From the human T2T-CHM13v2.0 reference genome, Homo sapiens, in assembly GCF_009914755.1 (NCBI RefSeq), contig NC_060927.1: DNA of 64,000 bases. One strand, 5' to 3'. The stretch's first letter is position 1. The number at the start of each line of letters is the position of its first letter. The position numbers and the translations under genes are program-made. The notes beneath the pieces are model-generated. The model saw only the letters and a program-made list of their open reading frames with translations. It did no database searches and was not told where the DNA came from. Below, in pieces: positions 13,125 through 26,065 of this stretch.

Positions 13125-14350
13125 TGACACATTGCCAACAAAACAGCAACAGTAAATACAGGTGCATGTGACGAGACCTAAAATCACAGTTCCCAAAAGG
13201 CTTACTAGCAGTGCTTTTCACTGAGGCTCCAATTCTGAAAACTATGATTTTATTGTAGACCACCAAGAGTCAAACCCCTGTGGTCAATTAGCTGTAATTG
13301 CTTTTAAAAATGAAGAGGGATTGATTAATATCAGTTTCTTTGTCTGGCATATATACACAATGCTCAGTTTTAAAAAGGGCACAGATTCCTCCCTGCTCAG
13401 CTGTCAGCATTTCTAGAGCTATTCAGTTCTGTAGGACACTTTCCTCATTGTGGCTGTTTCAATGTTGAAGGACTCCAAACCATGCTCAGTGTCATTCAGA
13501 GCTCTGGAGACACATCTGAAGGGCTTCCACCTTCTGCACAATATCAACAGAGCTTTCCAGGGGTACAAATACTGTCAATCAGTCATCCCACCAAAAAACA
13601 AACAAACAAACAAACAAAAACAGACCCACTTCACCAACCCCTACAGATGGGCTCAGTGAGGGGGACAGGGATAGGGTCAGAGATCCTGCAGGGTACCTAC
13701 ATGAAGCCAAGGGCATATCATCCAAGCCATCTTAGGAGAACCCAGGGTCAGAGGTGAGTACTACTGAGCTACTGGTCACCAATCAAGGCAGTCCAATATG
13801 TTGCTGCCCTACAAAACCAGTCTGTGGCAAACCAGTCTGTGTCCCTAAGTATAACAATGTGTTTTCATCCAGCAGTTGGGAGGAGCCCTAGTATCTGGTA
13901 TTGTTTACCTGAGTGTCCTTGGAGTGATTACTTTGTTCCTGACAGATCTCTGTAACCCCAGAGAGCATCCCTGCTGTAGGGGTGAGCCACACAAAGCCAT
14001 CCCCCATTTGCCAGTACGATCCCTATTGCAGGGATGTGGTGCTCTTCAGGGAAGTCCTGGCTTTGGTTGTTGCCTCCCTGTGGGACATGTTCAGGGAAGA
14101 AGTTACATTGTGTTCAGGGTTGCTGGATGTCGCATCCCTATCGTATTTGCATGCATGTCAGAGGTATCTAGAGTACCCATTTCCATGTGTTGTTCAGTTA
14201 CATGGGTTTGTACATAGTGGCTCAGTCTACCAGAGCATTCCTCCTTAGCTACTCAGGGGCATAAGGCCGTGTATCTGCCAATTAGATCAGCCTTGGCTAT
14301 GGGCTGTGTGATGGGTCCAGGCCAGGAAAACATTTTCAGAGGATATCCGA
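13125..14350 (-). pseudogene. Degenerate retroviral env (SU+TM)
   Basis: Hand translation of the minus strand: ENVFLAWTHHTAHSQG*SNWQIHGLMPLSS (SU N-terminus), DTDWFATDW, ALNDTEHGLESFNIETATMRK/VLQN*IALEMLTAEQGGICALFKTEHCVYMPD (ISD and CX6CC-like motif), ALLVSLLGTVILGLVTCTCIYCCCF (TM). Confidence 0.85.
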
Positions 14351-14439
14351 GCTCTGGAGGGGATGATATAACCGCAAAGAAGAAGGCAGCTCAAGCAAAC
14401 AGCAAAAAGACAAAAAAAAAAAAAAGAAGATTAGGAATA

Positions 14440-17400
14440 CAGGCTAGGACCTCCTGCCCTAACTGTGTAATAAAACTTGTACTAGAATCCCCCTCTGCAA
14501 TAATCTCAGAAGCCTTGGGAACATTTCCAGGAGGGATATACAGACCTTCTGTCCCAGTGCGAGAGGTGTTGTAGACTCCACAGTGATAGTCTGGGTGAAA
14601 TCTACTGTACTAGTGCCACTTTGGTGCCCAGCGGTATGGGGGCACTGCCTGCCCACTGTCAGTGTGTCTCCCCAGGCCCTTCATGGAAAAGGAAAGTGGG
14701 GGTCAAGTCCAGGGCAGTGGCGGCCTCCCACCTCATGGGAAGAAGGATTACTAGTCCAGTGCAGTGGTACTTTCTACCCCAGATCTCACTTCAGGATTCC
14801 CTGCCCAGGGGTTATGGGACAAGGAGAGCACAAAATCAGTCCAGTCCATGTGGGACTGAATTCCAGGCTTAGTTTTTTTCCATACCCCTGTGGCTTGCAC
14901 CTGGCTGTATATATCCATTACATGTTCATAAGCCAACTTTCCTCCCATAATGGGAGCTTCATTCAAGGCACATATGACTTCCATTTAAACCACAGTCCAA
15001 TTTCTCAATGAGGGGAGTCCTGTCAAGAGCTTAATTTGTTCTTTGAAGAGGTCATTTTTTCCTCTGTAACAGTCCTGCTTCCTGTGGGCTGTAGGGCAGA
15101 TGAAATCGTCATGTCATGCCCTCCTTCTCTGCCCAATCTTGGATGAGGGAGCCTGGGAAATGGTTCCCTTGGTCACTGATGATTGTTTTTAGGGTACTAG
15201 ACATTAGTTGCAAGCATTGCAGACTCTATATAGTCAAGGTCTGATTTGCTTTTCAGTGGAGGAAAGCTTGCAAAGGGCCACTCAGTGTTTATGCATGTCA
15301 ATGTATATTGGTATCCCTTACCATTTAGGGAATGGGCCAATAGAATCTAGTTGCCATGTGTCAATGGCTCTCTCCCTTCTTTTTACATTTCCAGTGGTGG
15401 CCTCTGGTGCTTGCTGAGGAGGGGTCTGGCAACAGTTGGGCCAATTTTGTATTGTCTTTTCTCTGTCTTGTTTGGACACTAGTAAGCCAGAGTGCTTGGC
15501 CAATTTCCAAATAGTATGCAGAACCCCTGTGAGCTCCCTTCTGATGTATTCAATATGCTATACCTGCTTCTTCAGGTGACCACTGACCAGGTTTGGGACA
15601 GAGTTTCTGCTTTCATATTTCTACAAGGGGTGACTGTTGGTGAGCTACTATGTAGAACACTGTGACTTTAGCCTTGGTTGTTGTAATCGGTCCTAAATGT
15701 CTGTTCATAGTTCTGCCCCCAAAGTGGCCTTCCATTTATGGACCATTGATCCTTTTCCTATAGAGTTATCCACAGTGTCAACCCTTTCACAGATGCTCAG
15801 GAATCAGTACACAGAGCTACTGGGTGTGGCTCTTTCATAATCACTATCCAGACAGCTCAGGGCTCTGCCCACTGGCTGCTATACCCTGTTCCAGACTGCA
15901 CCCATATGGTGTGGATAGTTGGTTGCGTAGCCACGGAAGTCCATCTGTGTCGCTGACCCACATTGGAGTCATCTGTGTACCAAGCACCCTTGGGTGGGTT
16001 TTTTTCTCCTTCCTTTATTTGGTAAGATTTCTCTGGGGGTGGTGTTGGGACTGATTTTAAATCTATAGTTTATTGTCTAGGTCCCATCAGGGCCTATAGT
16101 TTTATAGACAGAGGGCTGGATGTAAGATGCCTGCTCTGCTGGAGATCTGTATGACCCCTAACCAGAGTACCATTTTGTGCTACAGCTGATGTGGACATGG
16201 CAAATAGGCCAGCCACTCAACGCTTAATAGGGTAAGCTGTTTTTAATTCCACCGATGTATCTCCAGTTAGTGACACTGTTTGCAAGATGGCCTGGTTAAC
16301 TGCAAGGAACTATTTTTCCAACAGGAGATAGCATTGTTCAGGCCCGCTGAACAATCGCGAGCAGAAGCTAAAGGGCATTTGCTGGTTGCTCTCCCTCTGC
16401 CAGAGGGCCCAACCTATTCCTTCCTCAGTCACAGAAATATCTAATTCAAATGTTTTTGCAGGGGTGAACATTTGTAGGGCTTGTGGTTACATCACTAAGG
16501 CCTTTGCCTGAGTAAACACTTCTTCTTTTTTAATGCTCCAGTCCCAATGTACCCCCATCTTTATCAGGCAGTATAAAGGCCTGAGACATTCGGCCAAGGG
16601 GAAATGAAGGTCCTTCAATATCCTAGCAGACAAAGGGTTGTAGTTCTTTAACTGTTTGGGGCCATGGGTATACCTGAATCTACTCAATCGCAGCTGTTAG
16701 CAAACCTAAGTCTTACTCAACAAACCATGCGCAGGAATTTTATGATGCCCCTGGCCTCTGGACTTTCTGTGGGTTGATGGCCCATCCTCTGGACCACAGG
16801 TGCTCTAGAAGCTTTTGGGTAGCCTGTGCAAAATATTTAAATCTGTATAAATTAGCAAAATCTTTATGTAATGTTCCTGGTGAATGCTGAGCATATCACC
16901 TATTATGATTTGGATATGGTTTGTTTGGCCCTGCAAAGTCCGTGTTGAAATTGTATCCCTCATTTTGGAGTGGAGCCTGGTGGGAGGTGTTTGGATCGTG
17001 GCGGGGGATACTTTGTGAATGACTTGGTACCATTCTTGGGGGGGTGCATAACTTCTTGTAGTTCACATGAGAACTGGTAATTGAGAAGAGCATGGCACTT
17101 TCCCTCTCCTCTCTCTTCCTTCCTCTCTTGCCATGTGATGTCTGCCCCCCTTCACCTTCTGTCATGAGTGGAAGCAGCCTGAAGCCCTTACCAGAAGCAG
17201 ATGATGGCGCCATAATTCTTGTACAACCTGCAGAACCATGAGCCAAATAAACCTCTTTTCTTTATAAATTACCCACCCTCAGATATTCCCTTTATGGCAA
17301 CACAAATGGACTAAGATATCACCCAAAACCTCCAGGTCACCAGCCATCAAACCAGGCACAGTAAGGCAATAAAAGCACCCCAGGAGAGCACTTTAAAAAT

Positions 17401-17810
17401 TCATTGTTGGCCCTCCTAGATGAAGGCAGGCATGTCCTGGGACTTTGGATCTAAAGGTGTGCTAAAGAAAGTGTTTGCTAAATCCAGGACAGTACACATA
17501 TACCTAAACAAGGAGTCAGCCTGTCCACTATATGAGCCACATTTGATACAGCAGCATGTAGAGATGGAGTCCCCTTATGCATTCCCAGTAATCAGCTGTC
17601 ATCCTCCAGGTGCCATCAGGATTTCACACCAGCCATATAGGGCTGTTGTATGGGCTCTGTGCTGGATGCACAATCTCCACCCTCTCCAGTTTCTGAATAG
17701 TCACTATTATCTCTCTGTGCCTTCCTGGGAGATGACAGTGTTTGATACATACCACCTGTCTTGGGCAGAATAATACCACCAGCTCCCATCTAGCCTCCTT
17801 TTGGAGCATG
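14440..17810 (-). pseudogene. Degenerate ERV pol (RT, RNase H, integrase), interrupted by an MST LTR
   Basis: SPYNSPIWLV (17624..17809), LDLANTFFS, LCTDS*ASVKGLTLW (RNase H), TWQLDSIGPFP and DQGNHF (integrase core). Confidence 0.87.
16901..17318 (+). mobile_element. MSTB-like MaLR solo LTR inserted in the ERV RT
   Basis: Starts tattatgatttggatatggtttgtttgg and ends ggactaagata; 5-bp TSD TCACC on both sides. Confidence 0.9.
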
Positions 17811-17849
17811 ACTCTTAGTATCCTTACCTAGAGATGGAATTAACCTTTA

Positions 17850-18130
17850 GTTGTTTCAAGGGCGGCTCCTAGGAGAGTATCTATCCTCACAATGTTCTCA
17901 GGGGTTGGGGAGATACAGAACCACCATGGGGTTGGTGTAAGATGCCTAATTTGTAACAGTAGATGTGCTCATCTCACAGAGATGCATGTATCTCTGTATC
18001 CATCTCTATACATTAGGAGCAGTGCATTCAGCTCCTGTATCTGCCAGAACTGAAATTCTTTGTTTTAAGGGGACCAGTGAATCACTATTTCTATGTGGGG
18101 CCTTTGGTCCCCCTAAACGGCTCTATGTTG
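17850..18130 (-). pseudogene. ERV aspartic protease remnant
   Basis: RISVLADTGAECTAP read from the reverse complement of 18011-18060. Confidence 0.8.
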
Positions 18131-18149
18131 AGAAGAACTTTGGCCGTCC

Positions 18150-19530
18150 TGTCACGGTAGGGGCTGTGGTGCTCACTACCCTTTTACCTTGGATTCTTCT
18201 TCCAGAGGTAGTGCTGAGGGTTTAGGATTAATCTTAGGCACACTGCTGCTTGGGCTTTAGGACTTGTCAAAGTCTAAGGAAAACTGCATTGAGTTGTTTG
18301 TCTATTTTCTCTCTCTCCATACCTGTCTTCAGAAGGTCTTGCCATATTTTACTCCTTGACATCCATTTTGCTGTATCTCTATCTTTTCCCTTTCCTTGTC
18401 TCCTTAAGTTCCCCCCATCATTACAGCACTCCTCACTTAAGCTGCACTGCCGTAGTTTCGAATTCCCTTATTTCAACCAGAGCTCCTGCTAAGGGACTTA
18501 AGATGGGAAGAAGTGTTTGCTACCACCCAGGCAGAGCGGCCTTTAGGAACATATTGCACATACTGGCCATGAATGTGGCATTATTATGCCCCTGGAAAGC
18601 AGGGGCATAGATGGCTACCTGCATTGCCAACTCGTGAAACAAAGCCTGTGTCTCCTCAGTTGTCTTCCAAGGTGCTGGATCCCCAGGTGTATACCCCTTG
18701 GATGGCCAGGCTTCCCTACAGGTTAGGGTGTGTCCGTCTATCCCAGGAATAGCAGAGGAGCCATGTAGGCATTGCCCAATAGAAGGATGAGCTGTAACAC
18801 TGATAATCTTGATGGCATCATTTCCAGACAGAACCACCCCATCGGTGCCACTATCCCATAATCTTCCCATCCAAGTGGCTAAGAACTCCTTCGGGTTCTG
18901 CCAAAAGTGGCTAGCCAGATCCATTAACTCTATAGGAGTATATTCGCTCAGGGGGTATGTTTGATTGGCAAGTAGTGGAGGGCCTCAGGCTCCTGCCTGG
19001 TGGGCTTACTTTAATTTACTTTGTGTGATGGAGTGAGTCCTCAGACATTCCCCTCCATTATCTGGATCTGTCAGACACTTTCACTGTCTAAGGGTTACCA
19101 TTTTTTGGCATCCCAACTGGGGGACTGGATAATGGCAGGGCTTTAGGTATTTTCTCACCACATCACTTGGCATAGCAGCATGCCATTGTGTTCATCCTCC
19201 CCTTCTTCCACTTTATCCAGCCTGTTGGGAACTGACAGAGTGGAGCGTACATCCCTTTCCAGTTGTAATTTCTCCTCTAACTTGCCCACCTTCCTTTCTG
19301 CTGCCAGTGAAGCCTCTGTTGCTAGGTGGATGGCCACAACAGAAGTCAGACTTTCCCAGTTGCTAGGAACCTGGCCTCCTTGCTGGCCATTTGCAATTTT
19401 AAACCCTCCATAAGGCTAATCAAGCAAGCTGGAATTTTTGGAGCACCTTGGTATTCCTAGGGAGGCCTGCAAGTATGGAGCAAGCTGGCCACAGAAGCCT
19501 CACATAGAACCTTGCACCATTACAGGACGT
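18150..19530 (-). pseudogene. ERVL-type gag remnant
   Basis: ORF 18520..18924 (FWQNPKEFLATWMGRLWDSG) resembles the ERV-L gag capsid motif; ORF 19155..19337 is coiled-coil-like. Confidence 0.75.
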
Positions 19531-19569
19531 CCCCGGTCAGTTCCTCTTTGCCCCAGCCCATTTCTTTGG

Positions 19570-19591
19570 GGTCCTGTTGACCAAATGTCAA
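19570..19591 (-). other. Degenerate primer-binding site, tRNA-Ser-like
   Basis: The minus strand reads TGACATTTGGTCAACAGGAC just after the 5' LTR, resembling TGGCGTAGTCGGCAGGAT with several transitions and a small indel. Confidence 0.45.
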
Positions 19592-19592
19592 T

Positions 19593-20067
19593 TGTTTCAT
19601 CCTGCCTAACTGCTTTTGGGACTCTCCCCAAAAGCAGAAGCAGGGGAATTTCCACAAGAGAGTGCCCCAAACTGTGCTGAGATCGGGCTAGTTGGGATTC
19701 CAACAAAGAAACACTAAATGCCAAAGTGATCAGTCCAAAACATTCACTAGGGGAACTTAGAGTGCTGCAGTGGTCCTCATGATGAACAGCAAGAGAAAAG
19801 GGGTGTTCTACCTAGGATGTTTGCAGCCAGGGCTTGGGGTATGTACTTTATGTGAAAGTTTAAGGAATTTGGCCCAGGGCTGAGACCACTTTCTTTCAGT
19901 GCTTTGAGCAACAACATAGATATCTTTATCAGTGCCTGGGAATGTTCAAGGCCCTGGTTTTCCCCCTGGGAAAAAATCTGAAGCTGGCTGGTCACAGAGC
20001 AGTAAAGGCACTTCATGATTTTTGACCAGGACACAGAATAAAGGTGGGAGGAACTGGAGACTCTGCA
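19593..20067 (-). repeat. 5' LTR of the provirus
   Basis: Homologous to 12539-13012; TG...CA termini. Confidence 0.9.
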
Positions 20068-20590
20068 GACTTCTTTATGTATTCCAGATAATAAGAGTGC
20101 TTTACCAGATACATGGATTGCGAATATTTTCTCCCAGTCTATAGCTTGTCTTTTCATCCCCTTAATAGGGTCTTTGGCAGAGCAAACATTTTAAATTTTG
20201 ATTAAATTCAATTTATTGATTTTTTTTTTCTTTTATGAAATGTGCTTTTGTTGTGGAGCCTAAGAATGCTTCACAGAAATGTAGGTCCTAAAGATTTTCC
20301 CTTATGTTTTCCTTTAAATGTGGAAAAGCGTTACAGTTTTAAGCTTTACATTTAGGTCACCTGTCCATTTTGAAATAACTTTTCTGTAAGGTGTGAGTTT
20401 TAGTTTGAATTCATTTTTTTATCTGTAAATAAGTACTTGCTCCAGTAACAATTGTTGAAAAGATGATTTTTTCCTCCACAGAACAGATTTTGGACCTTTG
20501 TGAAAAATCAATTGGCTATACTTTCGTGGGTCTATTTCTGGGTTTTATTTTTATAATTCCGTTAATTTCTGTACCTACATTTACAGGTAC
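20068..20590 (-). mobile_element. Continuation of the L1 split by the provirus
   Basis: ORF 19777..20157 begins MKRQAIDWEKIFAIHVSGK (L1 ORF2), colinear with the 12538 junction. Confidence 0.85.
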
Positions 20591-20599
20591 ACACACATT

Positions 20600-22450
20600 T
20601 GGAATTATGTCTTCATTTGTGTTAAGCTTTTTATTCATAGTGTGGTTACCCTCTTAGTTTCTGGTAGTTTATTTTGACCTAATGTCCATTATGTTTTATA
20701 TTAATATAGACATTATAGATGTTTCAGCTTTTTAAAATTAATATTTGCTCAATAAATCTTTTCAATTCTCCTTCTTTTGACCCTCCTGTGTCTTAATGTT
20801 TTGATTTGCCTCTTATAAACAGCATGTGGCTAGAATTTTATTAATTTACTTTGACAATTTATTTTATTTTATGAGACAGGGTCTCACTCTGTTGCCCAGG
20901 CTGGGGTGCAGTGACACAATCTCCACTCCCTGCAACCTCTGCCTCCCAGGCTCAGGTGATCCTACCACTTCGGCCTTCCCAGTAGCTGGGACTACAGATG
21001 TACACCACCAGGCCTGGCTAAATTTTGCATTTTTTGTAGCGACAGGGTTTTGCCATGTTGCTCAGGCTGGTCTCAAACTCCAGACATCAACTGATCCTCT
21101 CGCTTCAGCCTCCCAAAGTTCTGGGATTACAGGTGCCAGCCACCCTGCCCAGCCAATTTATGTTTTTTATCTAAAGCATTTAATCCATTAAAAAAAAACT
21201 ACTTGTATTTTGGGATGTGCTTCCATCATCTTATTTTGTGTTTTTTTATTTGTCTTACCTTTTCTGTTGCTCATTCTTTTCTTGCCTTCTTTTATATTTT
21301 CTTTTCTCATTCAATTTTTCCCTATACTGTTTTAGAAGTTAATTTTATTTTTATTCTGTTATTGTCACTCTAGTATCTTAACATGCACACTTAATTATTA
21401 AACATAAAACTAATCAACACCTTTACCCTTCTTTGCAACAGAAAGACGTTGGAACACTGCAAGTACAATTTATACAATATTATTTTCTATTTGTGATTTC
21501 TTAATCTTATAGGATATTGTTATATATGATCAATGTTTATACTTCCCATCATATTTTCAACATTTATTGCTCATTATTTTTCCTTATATTTTTCACCTTT
21601 CATCTGGAATCATTTTCCTCCTGTCTACAGTACACTTTTCCAAAGTCCCTTGAATACAAATCTGTTGGTGGCAAACTCTTGGTTTTTATTCATTTCAATA
21701 GGTCTTGATTTTACCTACGTTTCAAAAAGATATTTTTTGATTAGTATACAATTCTAAGTGGAGTTAATTACTCTAAGCACATTGAAGACATTATTACAGT
21801 CCTAATGGCTTCTACTGTTTCTTTTGAGATGCCAGCTGCCGTTTCAGTTTCATTCATTTGAAAATAGTACACCTTTCCTGTCTAACTGATTTTAGGATCT
21901 TCTCTTTGTCTTTGTGTTCTGCCTAGTCAGTATCATGTATACAGGTGTGTATTATTTTGTTTCTTTCCTTTTTATTGGCATTGTGAAATGAATAAATTGC
22001 CTTTCCTCGATTCCAAAAAGTTTTTTCTGTAATCTCTTCGAATATTATCTTTTTATTCTTTCTTTCCTCCTTTTGGAATTCTGATTAAATGTAATTTGTA
22101 TATTTCAATTCCATTTTGTCCTATTTTTATCACATTTTCTATTGCTGTGAGCTTGTCCTGGTTCTTCTTTGCAAAAAATGCTTAATCCTTTTGTCATTGT
22201 TTGTTCTGACTCATATTTTCAATTTCTTATTTCATTCATCATAGTCATCATTTTATAATCTGTATTTTATAATTCTAATACACAATATCTTTATCAATCT
22301 ATTTCTGCTTGTTCTTCCTCTGGTGATTTATTTCCTGTGTGTTTCATGATTTATATTATTTTAGTTAACTTTGTGGAAATTTTTGAGGCCTCAGTTGAAA
22401 ATGAATTCTCCCGGAAAGAATTCGCATTTGTTTTATCCAGGAACCTGGGT
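20600..22450 (-). mobile_element. Highly decayed older L1 (ORF1/ORF2 junction region)
   Basis: T-rich antisense L1 character with L1M-like motifs (ctcttataaacagcat; tctaagcacattgaagacattatt). Confidence 0.55.
20858..21154 (-). mobile_element. AluJ-type SINE
   Basis: tgagacagggtctcactctgttgcccagg...; CAATTTAT flanks both sides. Confidence 0.93.
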
Positions 22451-22899
22451 GGTACTATGAAAACTAATCAAAATTTTAGACTTGAGGTTTTTAGGATCAA
22501 CTAGGGGGTATAAATTGGGCTTCAAACCCATAGGGTCTGATTTGAGGACATAGACTTTCAGAATGGATTTCTTATACTTCTGTACTTTGTACTACATTTT
22601 AAGATGGGTTGGTTTTCTGCAACCTCCTGCAGAGCTAGGCTTATTTATCATTACCCTAAAACTCATTTTAGCTTAATGCGGGGAGTTCCTAGAAAAATCC
22701 TTTTCCTCTGGCTAAATGGATGAGAATTGTTCTATCCTATGCAGCCTGAGAGGTAGTGACAATTAAAGTTGAAGTTCACCAGGATCAGCAAATACTCCAA
22801 AGTTAAAAGCCAGCTTTAGTCTTTTTTAATTTACTTTTTGGTCTTTTGAGTATTCCTTACTTTGTTTCAACTTATTTGTACCTTTAAAAAGTTTTATTT

Positions 22900-23095
<196 letters not shown>

Positions 23096-23129
23096 TTAAG
23101 ATTTTTTTTCTCTTTTTTTAGTGACAACT

Positions 23130-23522
23130 TTTTGATTTTATTTTATTTTTTAAGTTCAGGGGTACATGTGCAGGTTTGTTACATAGGTAGACTTGTAACA
23201 TGAGGGTCTGTTGTACAGATTATCTCATCACTCAGGTATTAAGCCTAGTACCCATTAGTTATTTTTCCTGATCCTCTCCCTCCTCCCAACCTCCACCTTC
23301 TGATAGGCCCCAGTGTGTGTTGTCCTCCTCTATGTGTCCATGTGTTCCCATGATTTAGCTCCCACTTACAAGTGAGAACATGCAGAGTTTGGCTTTCTGA
23401 TCCTGTGTTAGTCTGCTAAGGATAATAGCTTCCAGCTCCATCCATGTCCCTGCAAAAATCTCGTTCTTTTTTATGGTTGTGGTGTTCCATGGTGTATATG
23501 TACCACATTTTCTTTATCCAGT
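23130..23522 (-). mobile_element. L1PA (older PA-type) 3' end fragment
   Basis: ggggtacatgtgcaggtttgttacatagg...tagctcccacttacaagtgagaacatg. Confidence 0.9.
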
Positions 23523-23544
23523 AAGACTTTTTTTTTTCACGTAA

Positions 23545-24010
23545 TACACAAAAACTGGAAACAACTCAAATATCAATCAGCAGAAGAATGAATAAATTAT
23601 CATATTGTATCCATACTATATAATACGATATAGCAATAATTTAAAAAGAACTAACTACACACAACAGCCAATTACACACAACAAGATAGATGAATCTCTC
23701 ATTTTGTTGAGTGAAAAAAAACCTAGAAGCTAAAAAGAGCATATTGCATAATTCCACTCAGATGATGTCTAAGAGTAGACAAAAACAATCATTGTTAATA
23801 GCAGCCATATTACTGGTTATCCTGAGTTGGGGGAATGTTGGTTATTGACTGAGGGGGACATGGAGGAAATGTATGGGGCTCTAGAAATAGTCTAGGTCTT
23901 GATCTGGGTGGTGGTTATATAGGTATACAAGCTTACCTAGCTGTACACTCAGGATTAGTGCACTTTACACACTTTAATGTGTGTATCTTGTACCTCAATA
24001 AGATAAAAAA
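23545..24010 (+). mobile_element. L1ME-like 3' end
   Basis: aaaaactggaaacaactcaaatatc...gatctgggtggtggttat...tacctcaataa. Confidence 0.75.
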
Positions 24011-25829
24011 TATGTAATGCTCCAGTTTTCATTGGTTTGGCCAAAGTACCTCATCTGTCTTACTACTGCATATAGAAATCCAAGTGCTCTACAAATATAA
24101 AGCATTTATATTCGTTACCTATATTGCCAGTGTGAAGTAAAAGATTGGACAGTTATTTAAAGAAGGCAATGAGAATATAAAACTACCACCTCTCCTTTTT
24201 TAGCAATAGGGTTTTTAAAATCATAACTTAAACTCCACACTTCATTTTGCTTTTATAGTCAGTATCTGAATGAGCAGAAACATTTCCTAGAGAAAATGTG
24301 TTAAAACAAAGTATTAAGTAATATAATTGCAGATATAATTTCTAAAGGTATAGTAAAGCTATGATTTTTGTAACAAAAGTCTTGAAAATAAGTATACTTT
24401 TAATTCTTTAATAAATGTTGCTAGGAAGACCACAGGCAGTTAGACTTGAAGGAATGTGATTAATTTTTCTAGTGTCTCCTATTTCTAGAAACCTATATAA
24501 TTTCTACTGCTGCACACTCAGGGCATTTTTTCATGTCTAAATGCAATTTATCTATAAACTATTTTTGTGTATAGCCATTTATTAATAGAGAAGAGAAGAT
24601 TTATTTTATTGGCAAAAGGAAATATGTAGCTAAATGGGTATATTTATGTATTTAATAGCCATTGTTTACACATTTGCTAACAGGATCATTAATTGCTTTT
24701 GCAAATGAGACTCATGAAGTGGGTAACAAATTGTAGATGAGACAAGATGCTTATCCTCAGCATACTGAAGCTTGAAACCAACATTTATTAGCAGGATTAT
24801 CCACATGTCCTTATACATCTTTGTCTTCCTCAGCATGTTCAGCAAAGTGCCTAGCACATAACAGGCTCTCACAATGTTTGTCAAATAAATAAACAATAAT
24901 GATAACATGCCCCTCCTTTTAAATCATCTTATTAAAAAAATCATGTTCCTGTTATTTAATAGCTCTCAAATAAGTTTTACAGTAATGGAATGGGAAAAGA
25001 AGAATATGATAACCAATATTTTCATGGATCAAAAATAACCATGTACTGCTACCATTTTTTCTAAAGCGAAAAACGCCTCGGGGGTATGAAAGAATACTTT
25101 TGTCAATGGAAACTAATTGTTAACTACTTGACACCTGAGCATCAAAAATTGCAAGCAACAAATGTTTACTAAGTACAGTATTTGTGAGACATTCTGCTAG
25201 GTGCTGGGATCCTAAAACACATGGATCATTACCTCAGTTTACCTGGAAGCTGGGGCCCTTGAAACGAAGTCATCTCAACCAACTTTTGGTGTGAATCTCT
25301 AAGGGCAACATCAGACAAAACAGATCTAGCTCTTTGACTTAATTAAATGACAATGACATTCCCCAAAGAGTTCTATAATAGTGTTAGTAGAAGAAGTTAT
25401 GATTTTTGTATTTAGTTTGCTTGTATTTGGTTATTTCCCAAATTACTGCAAGCAAACAGGGCTATTCATTGTGTTTTGCTATATAATTTCTTCCTATTCC
25501 TTTGATTCATCAGAAGCCAGACTAGTGCAGTACCTGCTGGATGACATTTAGAAGTACTGGTTTTGCCACAGCAGAGAGACCCACCTTGTTCATTGAGACT
25601 GCACTGAATGATCTTTCATAAAGCATAATTTCCAAACACCTTAATTTTAATCATCTAATAATCAAGGGTGGCAGCATGGTTAACCTTGCATGATGATTGT
25701 TCTAATGGAACAAGATTATAATCTATGTCAAGTGCCTTGCACTTTACCGGAAACATAAAAAGTTGCTCAATAAATATTAACTGTCATTATTATCTTCTTC
25801 GTTGTCATTTATATTATTAAGTAGCAGCT

Positions 25830-26065
25830 AAGAGTCTAGAGTTTGGAGTTAGACCTGAGATCTTGTCCTGGATCTCTCCCTCAAGAGGCATACAACCTTG
25901 AAAGATTCTTCATATCTCTTACCTTCAGTTTTGCCACTTTAAAATTGGGAATAAAAATAGCCCTAATATATTCAATTGTTGTGATAATCAATTGAGATGA
26001 TGGATACCAACCAAGCCTTTAGTGTGGAGCCTGATACACTGTACGTGCCCAATCTATGAAAGTAA
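25830..26065 (+). mobile_element. MIR SINE
   Basis: ttggagttagacctg...ccttcagttttgccactttaaaattgggaataa. Confidence 0.65.

Larger units (their letters stand above)
12539..20067 (-). mobile_element. Near-full-length class III (ERVL/HERV-S-like) provirus: LTR-gag-pro-pol-(dut?)-env-LTR
   Basis: Two homologous ~475-bp TG...CA LTRs. Ordered gag, protease (LADTGAE), RT, RNase H, integrase and env motifs lie on the minus strand. PPT-like AGGGGTG precedes the 3' LTR. Confidence 0.9.

Noticed and set aside
13590-13622. (AAAC)n tract as a separate element
   Set aside because: It is a simple microsatellite expansion at about the env SU/TM junction; it only obscures the furin site.
13812-13841. Short direct repeat AAACCAGTCTGTG x2
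   Set aside because: It corresponds to the env-coded TDWFATDW motif, not a regulatory array.
20826-21191. 121-aa ORF
   Set aside because: Antisense Alu translation.
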